Shown here: one piece after another, positions 38,777 through 47,498 of the stretch
Position numbering within the stretch: the stretch's first letter is position 1
How the letters are laid out: each line of letters opens with the position of its first letter
Virus record (IMG/VR): IMGVR_UViG_3300022934_000003
Reading direction: 5' to 3' (one strand)
DNA: 64,000 nt
DNA from: a virus
Translations under genes and position numbers: made by a program
Notes under the pieces: generated by a model
What the model was told of the DNA's origin: nothing
Databases searched by the model: none
Seen by the model: the letters and a program-made list of their open reading frames with translations, nothing else

Positions 38777-39266
38777 TTAATTTCCCGTCTGAAATATCTA
38801 ACTCTTGTTGAGTTGTTTCTACATGTGTTTCCCAAGCTAATCTAGCTTCGTTACCAATCAATCCATTATACGGACAAGGAGTTCCGGCGTGCATCATAGC
38901 ATCAAAGACTTTCTGGTCTTGACACATAATAGATACAGCAGCGACTTTCATACCCATATCATACATAGTTTTAGCATTTTTAAGTCTAATACAATTTTCT
39001 TCGGTAAATGTTGTACCTGCTGAGATACCAAGAATTTGAGTTTGAACTGCACCTGCTACACCAATAGTACATAGGTCACTATTATTACCTGCACTAAATT
39101 GCGGTGAGATCGCAGATGGCGGTGGTTGCTTGATGGTTGTATTCATCGAGCCATTAGTCGTCACAGTGCTATCTGTGGTCGAAATTGTTTCGATCGGTTC
39201 TGCATTCACTGTGTTAATAAATAAAGACATAGCAAAACCAATCAATAATGCATAAAATTTATTCAT
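38715..39266 (-). CDS. secreted Cys-rich protein with C-terminal membrane anchor
   Basis: Signal peptide; PPPSAISP..DLC..C..C..AGTPCP; hydrophobic C-terminus. Confidence 0.6.
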   Translation of the reverse strand: MNKFYALLIGFAMSLFINTVNAEPIETISTTDSTVTTNGSMNTTIKQPPPSAISPQFSAGNNSDLCTIGVAGAVQTQILGISAGTTFTEENCIRLKNAKTMYDMGMKVAAVSIMCQDQKVFDAMMHAGTPCPYNGLIGNEARLAWETHVETTQQELDISDGKLNAKETATYGLGGLAALLFLF

Positions 39267-39320
39267 TATAATATTCCTTTAAATTGGTTTTTGAAAATAA
39301 GCTTAGCTTACTCTATTGAT

Positions 39321-39357
39321 TATTTATATATAATAAGTAATCAAATTATTATAAATA
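39321..39357. promoter_or_regulatory. divergent late promoters
   Basis: TATAAATA on - at 39321-39328 and on + at 39350-39357. Confidence 0.65.
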
Positions 39358-39386
39358 AAACAGATAGTATGAAAGAGGTATAAAAT

Positions 39387-40118
39387 ATGATTGAAAACTG
39401 TTCAAAAATGGCAAAAGCAGCACAAACTGCTTATTTAGATGGCAAACCGGCCAAGCCCGAATATAAAAAACTAGGGTATACAACACACAAATTTATTGAT
39501 ATTGATGGTGCTCAGTGTCATATTGTATCAAATAAAGATGAAGTTGTTTTATGTTTTAGAGGGACAGAACCTACAGAATTTTCTGATATTACAGCAGATT
39601 TAAATGCTTTTCCTGATAAAGCAAATAACGGACATGGATTAGTTCATAATGGATTTCAGGAAGAAGTTAATAAAGTATGGGATACTATTACAGCTTCATT
39701 AAATAAAATGAAACTTGATGGTAAAAATTTATTCGTTTGTGGACATTCACTTGGTGGTGCAATGGCTACAATCGCAACAAGTCGACTCGGTGATAAAGTT
39801 AATGCTTTATATACATATGGGTCGCCGAGAGTAGGAACAAGATCATTTGTTAAATCATTTGCTCAAATTCCTCACTATCGACACGTAAATAATAATGATA
39901 TGGTTACTAAAGTACCTTTTGCTTTAATGGGATATAAACATCACAGCAAAGCAAGATACATTAATTATTACGGTAATATTAGATCTCTTACACCTTGGCA
40001 AAGAATCAAGGATCAATGGAGAGGTCGTTGGGCAGCTCTTAAAAAAGGTTGTCCTTTTGATGGTGCATATGATCATAGTATGAAATATTATGTACAATAC
40101 ACCGAAGCGAATCAATGA
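39387..40118 (+). CDS. class 3 lipase
   Basis: FRGT, VHNGF, GHSLGGA, YGSPRVG, NNDMV, DH. Confidence 0.9.
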   Translation: MIENCSKMAKAAQTAYLDGKPAKPEYKKLGYTTHKFIDIDGAQCHIVSNKDEVVLCFRGTEPTEFSDITADLNAFPDKANNGHGLVHNGFQEEVNKVWDTITASLNKMKLDGKNLFVCGHSLGGAMATIATSRLGDKVNALYTYGSPRVGTRSFVKSFAQIPHYRHVNNNDMVTKVPFALMGYKHHSKARYINYYGNIRSLTPWQRIKDQWRGRWAALKKGCPFDGAYDHSMKYYVQYTEANQ

Positions 40119-40429
40119 GTGATATGATTGATCGCATGTTAGGCGACACATTGTGGATTTATACTGCAATTGCTGGCGCTTTACTAGGTGCGGCATTCTT
40201 AGCATGGTTTAAAGAAACGCATGCAGGAATATGGTTAAACGGCAAGTTTGATAGTTTTTTAGATTATCTTGCCATTCGCTGGGGTTGGACTTGGTTACAA
40301 GAACCAGAAGATGCCTGGCGTAAAAAGTATCCGAAGATTACTAAAAAAATTGATGAGATTGAGTTACGTCTTAAAAATGTTGAAGGTAAAGCGGGTACTA
40401 AAATAATAAGACAAAAGAAGGAGAAATAA
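40115..40429 (+). CDS. membrane protein
   Basis: N-terminal TM; ATGA overlap with the lipase gene. Confidence 0.6.
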   Translation: MSDMIDRMLGDTLWIYTAIAGALLGAAFLAWFKETHAGIWLNGKFDSFLDYLAIRWGWTWLQEPEDAWRKKYPKITKKIDEIELRLKNVEGKAGTKIIRQKKEK

Positions 40430-40430
40430 T

Positions 40431-40649
40431 ATGTTAAAACAAGTAGTAGGTTGGATTAATGAGGCTACATCAGCAGGTGTTGCTTTAATCGCACTAGCAA
40501 TCGTTTTACAGGTTATCTTTGGTGGTACTGTTCCATTCATCGGTGGCGACGTAATCGGAACAATCACTGGTATTGTTGCACAACTTGGTTCACAAGGACT
40601 AGTTGGTTTAGTAGCAGCAGCTGTATTGTATAAGATCTTTGCTAAATAA
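40431..40649 (+). CDS. small two-TM membrane protein
   Basis: Highly hydrophobic 72 aa; AGGAG RBS. Confidence 0.65.
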   Translation: MLKQVVGWINEATSAGVALIALAIVLQVIFGGTVPFIGGDVIGTITGIVAQLGSQGLVGLVAAAVLYKIFAK

Positions 40650-40664
40650 GACTAAGGTCTTAAT

Positions 40665-40698
40665 AAAAAAAGAGGGAGCTTAATTGCTCCCTTTTTTT
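40665..40698. terminator. bidirectional intrinsic terminator
   Basis: gggagc-ttaatt-gctccc with A and T tracts, between convergent genes. Confidence 0.8.
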
Positions 40699-40888
40699 AT
40701 CTAATGTGAGGATCTATATGGTCGTCATTATAAACTTCATCTCCAAGCGCCCTGATTTTTCTGGCTAAACCATTATATCTAAATTGCCAAGTATCAGCTC
40801 TTTCTTTTTCAGCTTCATACTTTCCTTTCCAATCAGTTTTTTTAAATTTTTCTGCTTGAAGTTTCCACCAGTTTTTTAAACTTGCCAT
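40697..40888 (-). CDS. hypothetical protein
   Basis: Start re-called at MASLK (AGGAG RBS). Confidence 0.5.
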   Translation of the reverse strand: MASLKNWWKLQAEKFKKTDWKGKYEAEKERADTWQFRYNGLARKIRALGDEVYNDDHIDPHIR

Positions 40889-40899
40889 ATTATACTCCT

Positions 40900-41193
40900 T
40901 TAAACACAACCTGTGGGTTTAGGCAAACCACCATATTTAGTAATTGGTTTCATGGGACCTGTCATCCACATTTTGAATACTTCTTTTTTATCCATACCAA
41001 TTGCCTTTGCAAAATTACGAATAGCAGGAACAGCTGATGTATCCTCATAGATTTCTCTTGCTTTCATAATATGCTCAATTTTTTCATCAGTTAGTTCATA
41101 TCCATCTTCTTCTGCCATTGCATTCATAACATCGACAGACCATTCTGACATATCTAACAAATAACCGTCACCATCTCTTTCTGGTAAACTCAT
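40900..41193 (-). CDS. TusE/DsrC/DsvC-family sulfur relay protein (single C-terminal Cys)
   Basis: DGDGYL...W...A......LT...R; C-terminus GGLPKPTGCV. Confidence 0.9.
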   Translation of the reverse strand: MSLPERDGDGYLLDMSEWSVDVMNAMAEEDGYELTDEKIEHIMKAREIYEDTSAVPAIRNFAKAIGMDKKEVFKMWMTGPMKPITKYGGLPKPTGCV

Positions 41194-41225
41194 AATATAC
41201 TCCTAGGTATTTAATTAAAAAATAT

Positions 41226-41516
41226 TTATACTTCTTCAGTTGGTTTAAATTCTATTAACATATTTTTAAGATATGGATCACAACCTTTATCTTCTAATCT
41301 TGTCATCAACCACATCTCAAATGAGTCTTTGTCCTCGAATGTTCTTTTAAAGTAGAAGGTCTCGTTGGGTAACTCTCTTTCGAAAGATACCACAACAGGA
41401 CCAGCATATACATCTTTGATAAACATTACAGCTACAACGACATATGCAATTACCCCCATTAGCAATGCCGCTGCCCAACCTGGACAATTCTTTTCGTTAC
41501 AGCTTGAACCTATCAT
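41226..41516 (-). CDS. single-TM hypothetical protein
   Basis: 96 aa with TM segment. Confidence 0.5.
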   Translation of the reverse strand: MIGSSCNEKNCPGWAAALLMGVIAYVVVAVMFIKDVYAGPVVVSFERELPNETFYFKRTFEDKDSFEMWLMTRLEDKGCDPYLKNMLIEFKPTEEV

Positions 41517-41530
41517 AGATTTCTCCTATA

Positions 41531-41815
41531 TTACTTCTCTTGTACAGGGAAGTTGTAGTATGGTGATGCATAACCATAATTTTTATATGGATTATGCTGA
41601 TAAGATACAACGTAATCTGGATCGTCAACTTCGTTAATCATATTTACAAATTCAGTTGGATACCAACGTGGATCCATCATTGAATATGGATTAAACGAAA
41701 AGATACCGTTATCTTCTACATAACCATAGTTGTTGTTATTAAAAGGGCCAAAATCAAATGCTGAAGCAGTTGAAACGGCTGTTGCCATAATTGTTGCTAA
41801 TGCTAGCTTTTTCAT
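41531..41815 (-). CDS. secreted N/Y/G/P-rich protein, sulfur-globule-protein-like
   Basis: Signal peptide ending ASA; low-complexity N/Y/P/G mature region. Confidence 0.45.
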   Translation of the reverse strand: MKKLALATIMATAVSTASAFDFGPFNNNNYGYVEDNGIFSFNPYSMMDPRWYPTEFVNMINEVDDPDYVVSYQHNPYKNYGYASPYYNFPVQEK

Positions 41816-42014
41816 ATCTATTCTCCTATTAAGAATTAAATGATGCTCTTAAAGAGCGGGTTATAATAATTACGCTACTAGAGCGATTTTTTTACATGTT
41901 AGATAATCTAACTATGTTTGTTACTTTTATTTATAATACTAAATTACTATATTATAATATTTTAATATTAATTATTTTAATAATAACTATCTATTTTTTA
42001 AATAGTTAAATTAT

Positions 42015-42257
42015 TTAAGCGATAAACCAGCGATAGATTCCGAAAATATCTATCCAAAGAAAGAAAAAGTTTTGTGCAAACATTGGCCAATCTTTTTCTC
42101 TTGCAAAATATAATGATAGTAGTACATGTCCTACTAAGAACATCCAGAATCCCCATCGTGAAGATTCTATATTTGCTGAGAGGATAGTCCCAGCACTTAA
42201 AAACATTATTGTTGCTGTCCATTTTGCAAATGACTCATTCATTATAAGCTTGGTCAT
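42015..42257 (-). CDS. small three-TM membrane protein
   Basis: KW.ATI..., QN.FF...D..GIYRW. Confidence 0.6.
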   Translation of the reverse strand: MTKLIMNESFAKWTATIMFLSAGTILSANIESSRWGFWMFLVGHVLLSLYFAREKDWPMFAQNFFFLWIDIFGIYRWFIA

Positions 42258-42451
42258 TATACTCCTGCATTTAATGGATGAGTAAGTTCATCTATCATTA
42301 GATAAATGTCTTGTTCTATTTCACACCAATCATCTTCTGAATAAAAGAAATCAAAATAACCTTCATCAGAAAGACGATTCATGATTTTACCTGAATCAGT
42401 CATTCCATCTTCAACAACAAATTTTTCAACAATTTTTTCAAAATTTCGCAT
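42257..42451 (-). CDS. hypothetical protein
   Basis: RBS and sigma70 promoter at 42483-42511. Confidence 0.55.
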   Translation of the reverse strand: MRNFEKIVEKFVVEDGMTDSGKIMNRLSDEGYFDFFYSEDDWCEIEQDIYLMIDELTHPLNAGV

Positions 42452-42511
42452 AATATTACTCCTTATTGCATTATATAATCATATTATAACATAGTATACA
42501 GTATTTGTCAA

Positions 42512-42664
42512 CTATTTGTCTTTACCTCTTTCGCGATTAAAATGATCTTTTTCTTTTTGTGACATTTTAATGTATTTAGCAAAAGAAATGCATTCTACAT
42601 TACCATTCTTATCTGGTGTAGAACACCACATTCCACTTGATACGATATCAGAATTTTTTACCAT
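42512..42664 (-). CDS. hypothetical 50-aa protein
   Basis: Own translation MVKNSDIVSSGMWCSTPDKNG...; AGGAG RBS. Confidence 0.5.
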   Translation of the reverse strand: MVKNSDIVSSGMWCSTPDKNGNVECISFAKYIKMSQKEKDHFNRERGKDK

Positions 42665-42676
42665 TTTTACTCCTTT

Positions 42677-42937
42677 TCATTTTATTTTGTTTTGTTTAAT
42701 GGGTTTATTACCTAAAGCCTTACGTGATTGTTTTTTAAATTGAGCATTCATTTTCTTTTGCTGTGCTTGCGCTTTTCTAGCTTGTACTTGCCCACGCTTT
42801 GTGTAATCAGTACCTTTTTTTGCTTTTTTATTAATTGTACGACGTACATCAAATATAATTTTAAATTTTGGAAGGATTTCAATTCTGAACCATCCTACTC
42901 TAAAATTAAATCTCATAATCTTATTGTTCCGTGACAA
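42677..42937 (-). CDS. basic hypothetical protein
   Basis: ORF track. Confidence 0.45.
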   Translation of the reverse strand: MSRNNKIMRFNFRVGWFRIEILPKFKIIFDVRRTINKKAKKGTDYTKRGQVQARKAQAQQKKMNAQFKKQSRKALGNKPIKQNKIK

Positions 42938-43194
42938 GTACCATCATGACCAGTTCTTTGTCTATTTAATGGTCTCATGCCTGTACTAATTAAATCACCT
43001 AAACTAATATCACCAGCGGCTAATACTGCTACTAATAAATCTTGAGCATCATCTATAGTCATGTGAGTACATCCAGCACGACCACTTTGTACACAATTAA
43101 TGTTATGTTGAATATCATCCTGCCAAGTATCAACTTGTGGGATTCTAGTATCATCAGGAGTAACTCCCCAAACTAAAATATCTTTCATAATCAT
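42913..43194 (-). CDS. hypothetical protein (early)
   Basis: Downstream of a 37-bp promoter repeat. Confidence 0.55.
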   Translation of the reverse strand: MIMKDILVWGVTPDDTRIPQVDTWQDDIQHNINCVQSGRAGCTHMTIDDAQDLLVAVLAAGDISLGDLISTGMRPLNRQRTGHDGTCHGTIRL

Positions 43195-43209
43195 TCCTTT
43201 TTAATTTTT

Positions 43210-43246
43210 ATAGTTATATTATACACTAGTTCTAAGAAGATGTCAA
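43210..43246 (-). promoter_or_regulatory. 37-bp early promoter repeat, copy 1
   Basis: TTGACATCTTCTTAGAACTAGTGTATAATATAACTAT. Confidence 0.8.
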
Positions 43247-43254
43247 GGCTTTTT

Positions 43255-43725
43255 TTAAAAAACTATGTATTTTCTTTGATCATCTACCCAATCATCAAAT
43301 GATCTGTCATCTTGTGGAATATATCTATCATCAGCACCAGCCATTGTATTAATTTTGTGCTTAATTGATCCATTTAATCTTCTACTTAAAGCATGTTTAT
43401 GAAAGTGAACTCCAACATGACCATCTTTAGGGTACCACATATCTACAATGTCAGTTTTCATAGCAAGCTTATCAATCATATTAAGAGTGTATCCTCCAAG
43501 ATCAGATTTTTTGGCTTGTGAACCATCAACATTATCCCAACCCCATTTAGGATGGTAGTGAACAGTATCAAAGATTAATGTTAACTTGTCATCATTGTGC
43601 ATAACGAAATCAGAATTACATGCGTCTAAAAGATCATTCATAATATCGTTAAGATCATTACGATTGTTGACTTTGAACCTTAATCTTGAAGCGTACTTGT
43701 CATTATCAGTAAATCTTTTTGCCAT
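43255..43725 (-). CDS. hypothetical protein (early)
   Basis: 156 aa downstream of a promoter repeat. Confidence 0.6.
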   Translation of the reverse strand: MAKRFTDNDKYASRLRFKVNNRNDLNDIMNDLLDACNSDFVMHNDDKLTLIFDTVHYHPKWGWDNVDGSQAKKSDLGGYTLNMIDKLAMKTDIVDMWYPKDGHVGVHFHKHALSRRLNGSIKHKINTMAGADDRYIPQDDRSFDDWVDDQRKYIVF

Positions 43726-43749
43726 TTTTAACGTCCTTGTTTATTAAAT

Positions 43750-43786
43750 ATAGTTATATTATACACTAGTTCTAAGAACATGTCAA
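43750..43786 (-). promoter_or_regulatory. 37-bp early promoter repeat, copy 2
   Basis: One mismatch to copy 1. Confidence 0.8.
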
Positions 43787-43839
43787 CTTATTTTAATAAT
43801 ATTTTTTTATTATTATAATAAATTATTTTTATAATTTTC

Positions 43840-43916
43840 TGGTGGGCCCACTAGGATTTGAACCTAGGACCAATGGATTATGAGTCCACTGCTCTAACCA
43901 ACTGAGCTATAGGCCC
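43840..43916 (-). tRNA. tRNA-CAU, most likely tRNA-Ile2 (Met not excluded)
   Basis: GGGCCTATAGCTCAGTTGG...GTGGA-CT-CAT-AA-TCCAT...GGTTCAAATCC...CCA. Confidence 0.9.
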
Positions 43917-43925
43917 AACTTAATT

Positions 43926-44801
43926 TTAAGGGAGTTTAATTTCTAAATTGTATTGATCTAAACACATGTCTTCTAGTGTTTTTGTGAGAGTAACTAAATT
44001 ACTTAGATCATCTACTACACTTGCTGTAGCATCACCTTCTCTACGAGGTGCAATTTCTTTTTCGATTTTAATACCTGTAACTTTTTCCATGCAATCAAGT
44101 ACTTCTAATACACTATATCCTTCATTACTTCCAAGGCATTCATATGGTGTATTTGCAGGACCTGTTTCTACTGCATTTACAATTGCATTAGTGAGATCCA
44201 AAATATGAATATAATCACGTATGCAAGTACCATCGCGAGTAGGATAGTCATTACCGTATATAGAGATTTTAGGAAGTTTGTTCGCAGCAACCATAGCAGC
44301 AACACGAATAAGATGGGTAGGAGCACCGAGCTGTCTGTTAACGCCATCAGTACCAGAAACATTAAAAAAACGGAAGATAGTATACCCATTTGCTTTCTCC
44401 TTAATAATATCTTCTGCTGCTACTTTACTTTTAGCATAAGGAGAAGCCATTTCCCAAGCACTACTTGTACTTGCAAAAATAAAATGGTCAGTACTTACGT
44501 TATCTAACATATTTGCAGTTCCCATAGCATTTACTCTATAGTATTCAGTTGGTTCTGACATACTTTGAGGAACAACACTACGTCCTGCTAAATGTACTAC
44601 AGCATCAAATTTACCACCAATCTGAGGATCGGTAATATCTATATTATACCAGTCTGGACAATAATCTGAAATATCATTATATTCACCATGAATATTAGTA
44701 TCCCATCCTGTAACATGATGACCATGTTCTTTTAACATTTTACATACATGACTACCGATATAACCAGTTGCACCTGTCACTAAAACATTTTTTACTTCCA
44801 T
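43926..44801 (-). CDS. galE: UDP-glucose 4-epimerase-like NAD-dependent epimerase
   Basis: VTGATGYIGSH, HLAG, YAKSK, RFFNV, DGTCIRDYIH. Confidence 0.85.
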   Translation of the reverse strand: MEVKNVLVTGATGYIGSHVCKMLKEHGHHVTGWDTNIHGEYNDISDYCPDWYNIDITDPQIGGKFDAVVHLAGRSVVPQSMSEPTEYYRVNAMGTANMLDNVSTDHFIFASTSSAWEMASPYAKSKVAAEDIIKEKANGYTIFRFFNVSGTDGVNRQLGAPTHLIRVAAMVAANKLPKISIYGNDYPTRDGTCIRDYIHILDLTNAIVNAVETGPANTPYECLGSNEGYSVLEVLDCMEKVTGIKIEKEIAPRREGDATASVVDDLSNLVTLTKTLEDMCLDQYNLEIKLP

Positions 44802-44823
44802 AATATAATCTATATTTTTTTTA

Positions 44824-45099
44824 TTAAGAAGGCATAACCAAACCTGTTACGGCTTGTGTATAACTCTTAGAAACCTGAGGAGCTGTTTCAGTTACAAAAA
44901 TTGCATTATTGAAAACTACTTCTTTAGGATTATCTTTACCTGTAAAACAAATACCACGAGCAAATCCAAGTTGACCTTCGTCATTCATTGTAATCATCTT
45001 TGGATTATCAAGTGTTATAACATTATTGCTCATAGTAACTAATTTACCAACATACTCACCTGAGGCTGTTTGTACTGTTACAATATCATTCTTTTCCAT
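44824..45099 (-). CDS. conserved phage hypothetical protein (Sm-like fold likely)
   Basis: Start re-called at MEKNDIV because the longer ORF overlaps tRNA-Cys. Confidence 0.6.
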   Translation of the reverse strand: MEKNDIVTVQTASGEYVGKLVTMSNNVITLDNPKMITMNDEGQLGFARGICFTGKDNPKEVVFNNAIFVTETAPQVSKSYTQAVTGLVMPS

Positions 45100-45125
45100 T
45101 TTTATTCCTACTTTTATAATTAAAC

Positions 45126-45201
45126 TGGACTTGGTGACAGGACTCGAACCTGCATAGAACGGATTTGCAATCCGATGCATAACCAATTCTGCCACACCAA
45201 G
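45126..45201 (-). tRNA. tRNA-Cys(GCA)
   Basis: CTTGGTG acceptor, TCGGA-TT-GCA-AA-TCCGT, GGTTCGAGTCC, U discriminator, CCA. Confidence 0.92.
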
Positions 45202-45205
45202 AATT

Positions 45206-45283
45206 TGGCCTCGCCGGGAGGACTCGAACCTCCAACCTACAGCTTAGAAGGCTGTTGCTTCTATCCGCTTGAGCTACGGCGAG
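45206..45283 (-). tRNA. tRNA-Arg(UCU)
   Basis: ACAGC-CT-TCT-AA-GCTGT, GGTTCGAGTCC, CCA. Confidence 0.92.
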
Positions 45284-45287
45284 ATTC

Positions 45288-45737
45288 TTACTTCTTAAAT
45301 TTAACTGTTCTAGTTACACCATTTTCTGTGAATGTAACTACTGAATGACTATAAACTTCTTTCTTTTCTTTAGTATAGAGAATAACATCTCTACATTTTT
45401 CTACTTGTGTATAGCCAACAACATTGGTTTTGTTACTAACTGAATCAGCTCCAATAAGAGCACCAAGAACTGTTAATGCATCTTTACCAGATCCACCTCC
45501 AAATTGATTGCCAATAACTCCGCCAACAATAGCACCACCTAAAGTTTCAGAAGTAGTTGGTCTGCGAGTATGGTAAATAGGTTCTTCTACGATATTGCAT
45601 GTTTGTACAACTTTAGGAACTTTTACTGTTTCCGTTACAAAAATATCTTCAACATCGGCTGCATAAGCACCAGACGACAGCATTGTTGCTGCAATTGTAG
45701 TAAGTAAAGTACGTTTCATAATCAATCCTTTTTTCAA
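45288..45737 (-). CDS. glycine-zipper 2TM domain protein
   Basis: LGGAIVGGVIGNQFGGGSGKDALTVLGALIG; signal peptide. Confidence 0.8.
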   Translation of the reverse strand: MKKGLIMKRTLLTTIAATMLSSGAYAADVEDIFVTETVKVPKVVQTCNIVEEPIYHTRRPTTSETLGGAIVGGVIGNQFGGGSGKDALTVLGALIGADSVSNKTNVVGYTQVEKCRDVILYTKEKKEVYSHSVVTFTENGVTRTVKFKK

Positions 45738-45751
45738 TTTATAGTACCATT

Positions 45752-46117
45752 TTATACCATGTTTGTGAGAATGTCAACATAATTTTGCACAAAATTATTA
45801 GCATTATTGCTTGAAGGCATATAAAAACTATTATTTACCTGATAAATGCTATTATTTTCTATCATTATTTGCTTAACTTCTTCTAACATTTTTCCAATAA
45901 TATAGAGTACTTGATCAAATTCCAAATCTTTTGTACATACCATTAAAGTATATTCCTCTTCACCATTTTCATAGATTAGGCCATTTTTTCCATCATCGAA
46001 TGTTTCTGGCCAAGCTTCTACTGTTATTTTATTTGGAAAGATGTCTATTTGTGCACAAACATAATTAACAAATTGCTCTGTTAATATGGGATCTATGTTA
46101 TATGCTTCTACTTTCAT
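45752..46117 (-). CDS. hypothetical protein
   Basis: 121 aa coupled to gp52. Confidence 0.55.
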   Translation of the reverse strand: MKVEAYNIDPILTEQFVNYVCAQIDIFPNKITVEAWPETFDDGKNGLIYENGEEEYTLMVCTKDLEFDQVLYIIGKMLEEVKQIMIENNSIYQVNNSFYMPSSNNANNFVQNYVDILTNMV

Positions 46118-47457
46118 TACATTTTATCCAAATCTTTTTTAAATTGATCATTTGGTGTAGTCGACTTCCAATATGCTAGTCGACTTTGACACTCTTTAAT
46201 CTCTTGTTGTAGTTCTTTAACCATTTCATCTGTTAGACTTAATATATTTATTCTAAGTAATCTATCAATATCTTCAGGAATAGCTTCCGTATTTAATTTA
46301 ATTTGATTAGCAACATCATCTTTTTTCTTATTTTTAAATTCAATTTTATTATCAAGTACTGCTTGAATAAATTGCATTTTAATTTTTAACCATCTTGCTA
46401 ATTCGCTTTCTTCCATCTTACGAAGATCAATTCTTTTTTGTAAAATACTTAAGCGATAATCACAAAAGTCTTTAACGAGCTGGCGTTCGTCAGTATATTC
46501 TCTAAGCTTTCCATCAAATCCAATTACAGTTAAATTTTCTGTAAGAGGTTTGCTTAATTTAAACTTAGAAATAACTTTATCATTATTCCAATTTGCTGAT
46601 GTATTTTGTTTTAACTTAACTTCAAATTGAAACCCAGTCTTATCGCATTGATCTTCATAAGATACGATGTCACCTTTATCTTCTAAAGCATCTAGTACTT
46701 TAACATATGATTCGCGATCATAACCATATGGAACCTCTGTAATTTGTAGAACCGTTTTACTTTTCTTTTCGAAATTACCTAATACGGTATACTTATTTTC
46801 AGCTTCATTGTACTTTACAGTTCCGCTGAACTCTGGAAAAGTTATAGGAATTCTACGAGCAATATTACCAGTATTAAGATACTCGTTACATGCTGTAGAG
46901 AGGTCACTAGGGTGACGTGGAAGAATATTTGTAGCAAATCCAGTTGCAATACCTTTAGTACCATTTGCTAATACTAATGGAATAACTGGAATATAAAATT
47001 TAGGTGGTTCATGTTCAGGATCATCATGTTTAGGTGCTAAGTCGACATCCTGAATATACTTATCAAAATTAGAATGAACTTTTGTATAAACATAACGAGG
47101 TGCACCAGCTTCTTGTACTAATCTTGTACCAAAAGATCCACGACCTTCAACTAAACAAACATTATTGTTCCATGTAGCAGCCATCAATTGACCAGCACCT
47201 GCAGCACTTGCTTCACCATGCGCATATCCATAATCAGAGATAATACCTGCAATAGCACTTACTTTCTTAAAATCTTTTTTAGAATTAAGTAGAGAACTAT
47301 ATAGATAAAATCTTTGTACTGGCTTAAGCCCGTCTATCATATTAGGAATAGCACGTGCTTCAACAGTATACATAGCAAATGAAAGCCATTCATTGCTTGC
47401 TACTTGAGAAATTGGATAATCTGTATTCATAGAGTTATTTGTCTTTAAATCATTCAT
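46117..47457 (-). CDS. gp52: DNA topoisomerase II medium subunit (T4 gp52)
   Basis: RAIPNMIDGLKPVQR, YAHGE, APRY, GIATGF. Confidence 0.95.
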   Translation of the reverse strand: MNDLKTNNSMNTDYPISQVASNEWLSFAMYTVEARAIPNMIDGLKPVQRFYLYSSLLNSKKDFKKVSAIAGIISDYGYAHGEASAAGAGQLMAATWNNNVCLVEGRGSFGTRLVQEAGAPRYVYTKVHSNFDKYIQDVDLAPKHDDPEHEPPKFYIPVIPLVLANGTKGIATGFATNILPRHPSDLSTACNEYLNTGNIARRIPITFPEFSGTVKYNEAENKYTVLGNFEKKSKTVLQITEVPYGYDRESYVKVLDALEDKGDIVSYEDQCDKTGFQFEVKLKQNTSANWNNDKVISKFKLSKPLTENLTVIGFDGKLREYTDERQLVKDFCDYRLSILQKRIDLRKMEESELARWLKIKMQFIQAVLDNKIEFKNKKKDDVANQIKLNTEAIPEDIDRLLRINILSLTDEMVKELQQEIKECQSRLAYWKSTTPNDQFKKDLDKM

Positions 47458-47498
47458 ATAATAATATTATAACATGTTTTAGTTTAATGTCAACAAGT

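Noticed and set aside
40900-41193. Canonical dsrC call
   Set aside because: The second conserved Cys is absent and no dsrAB is in the window
43210-43786. CRISPR-like repeats
   Set aside because: The repeats are promoters separated by whole genes, not by spacers; no cas genes are present
44824-45195. 123-aa ORF as given in the track
   Set aside because: Its 5' extension overlaps tRNA-Cys; the real start is more likely 45099
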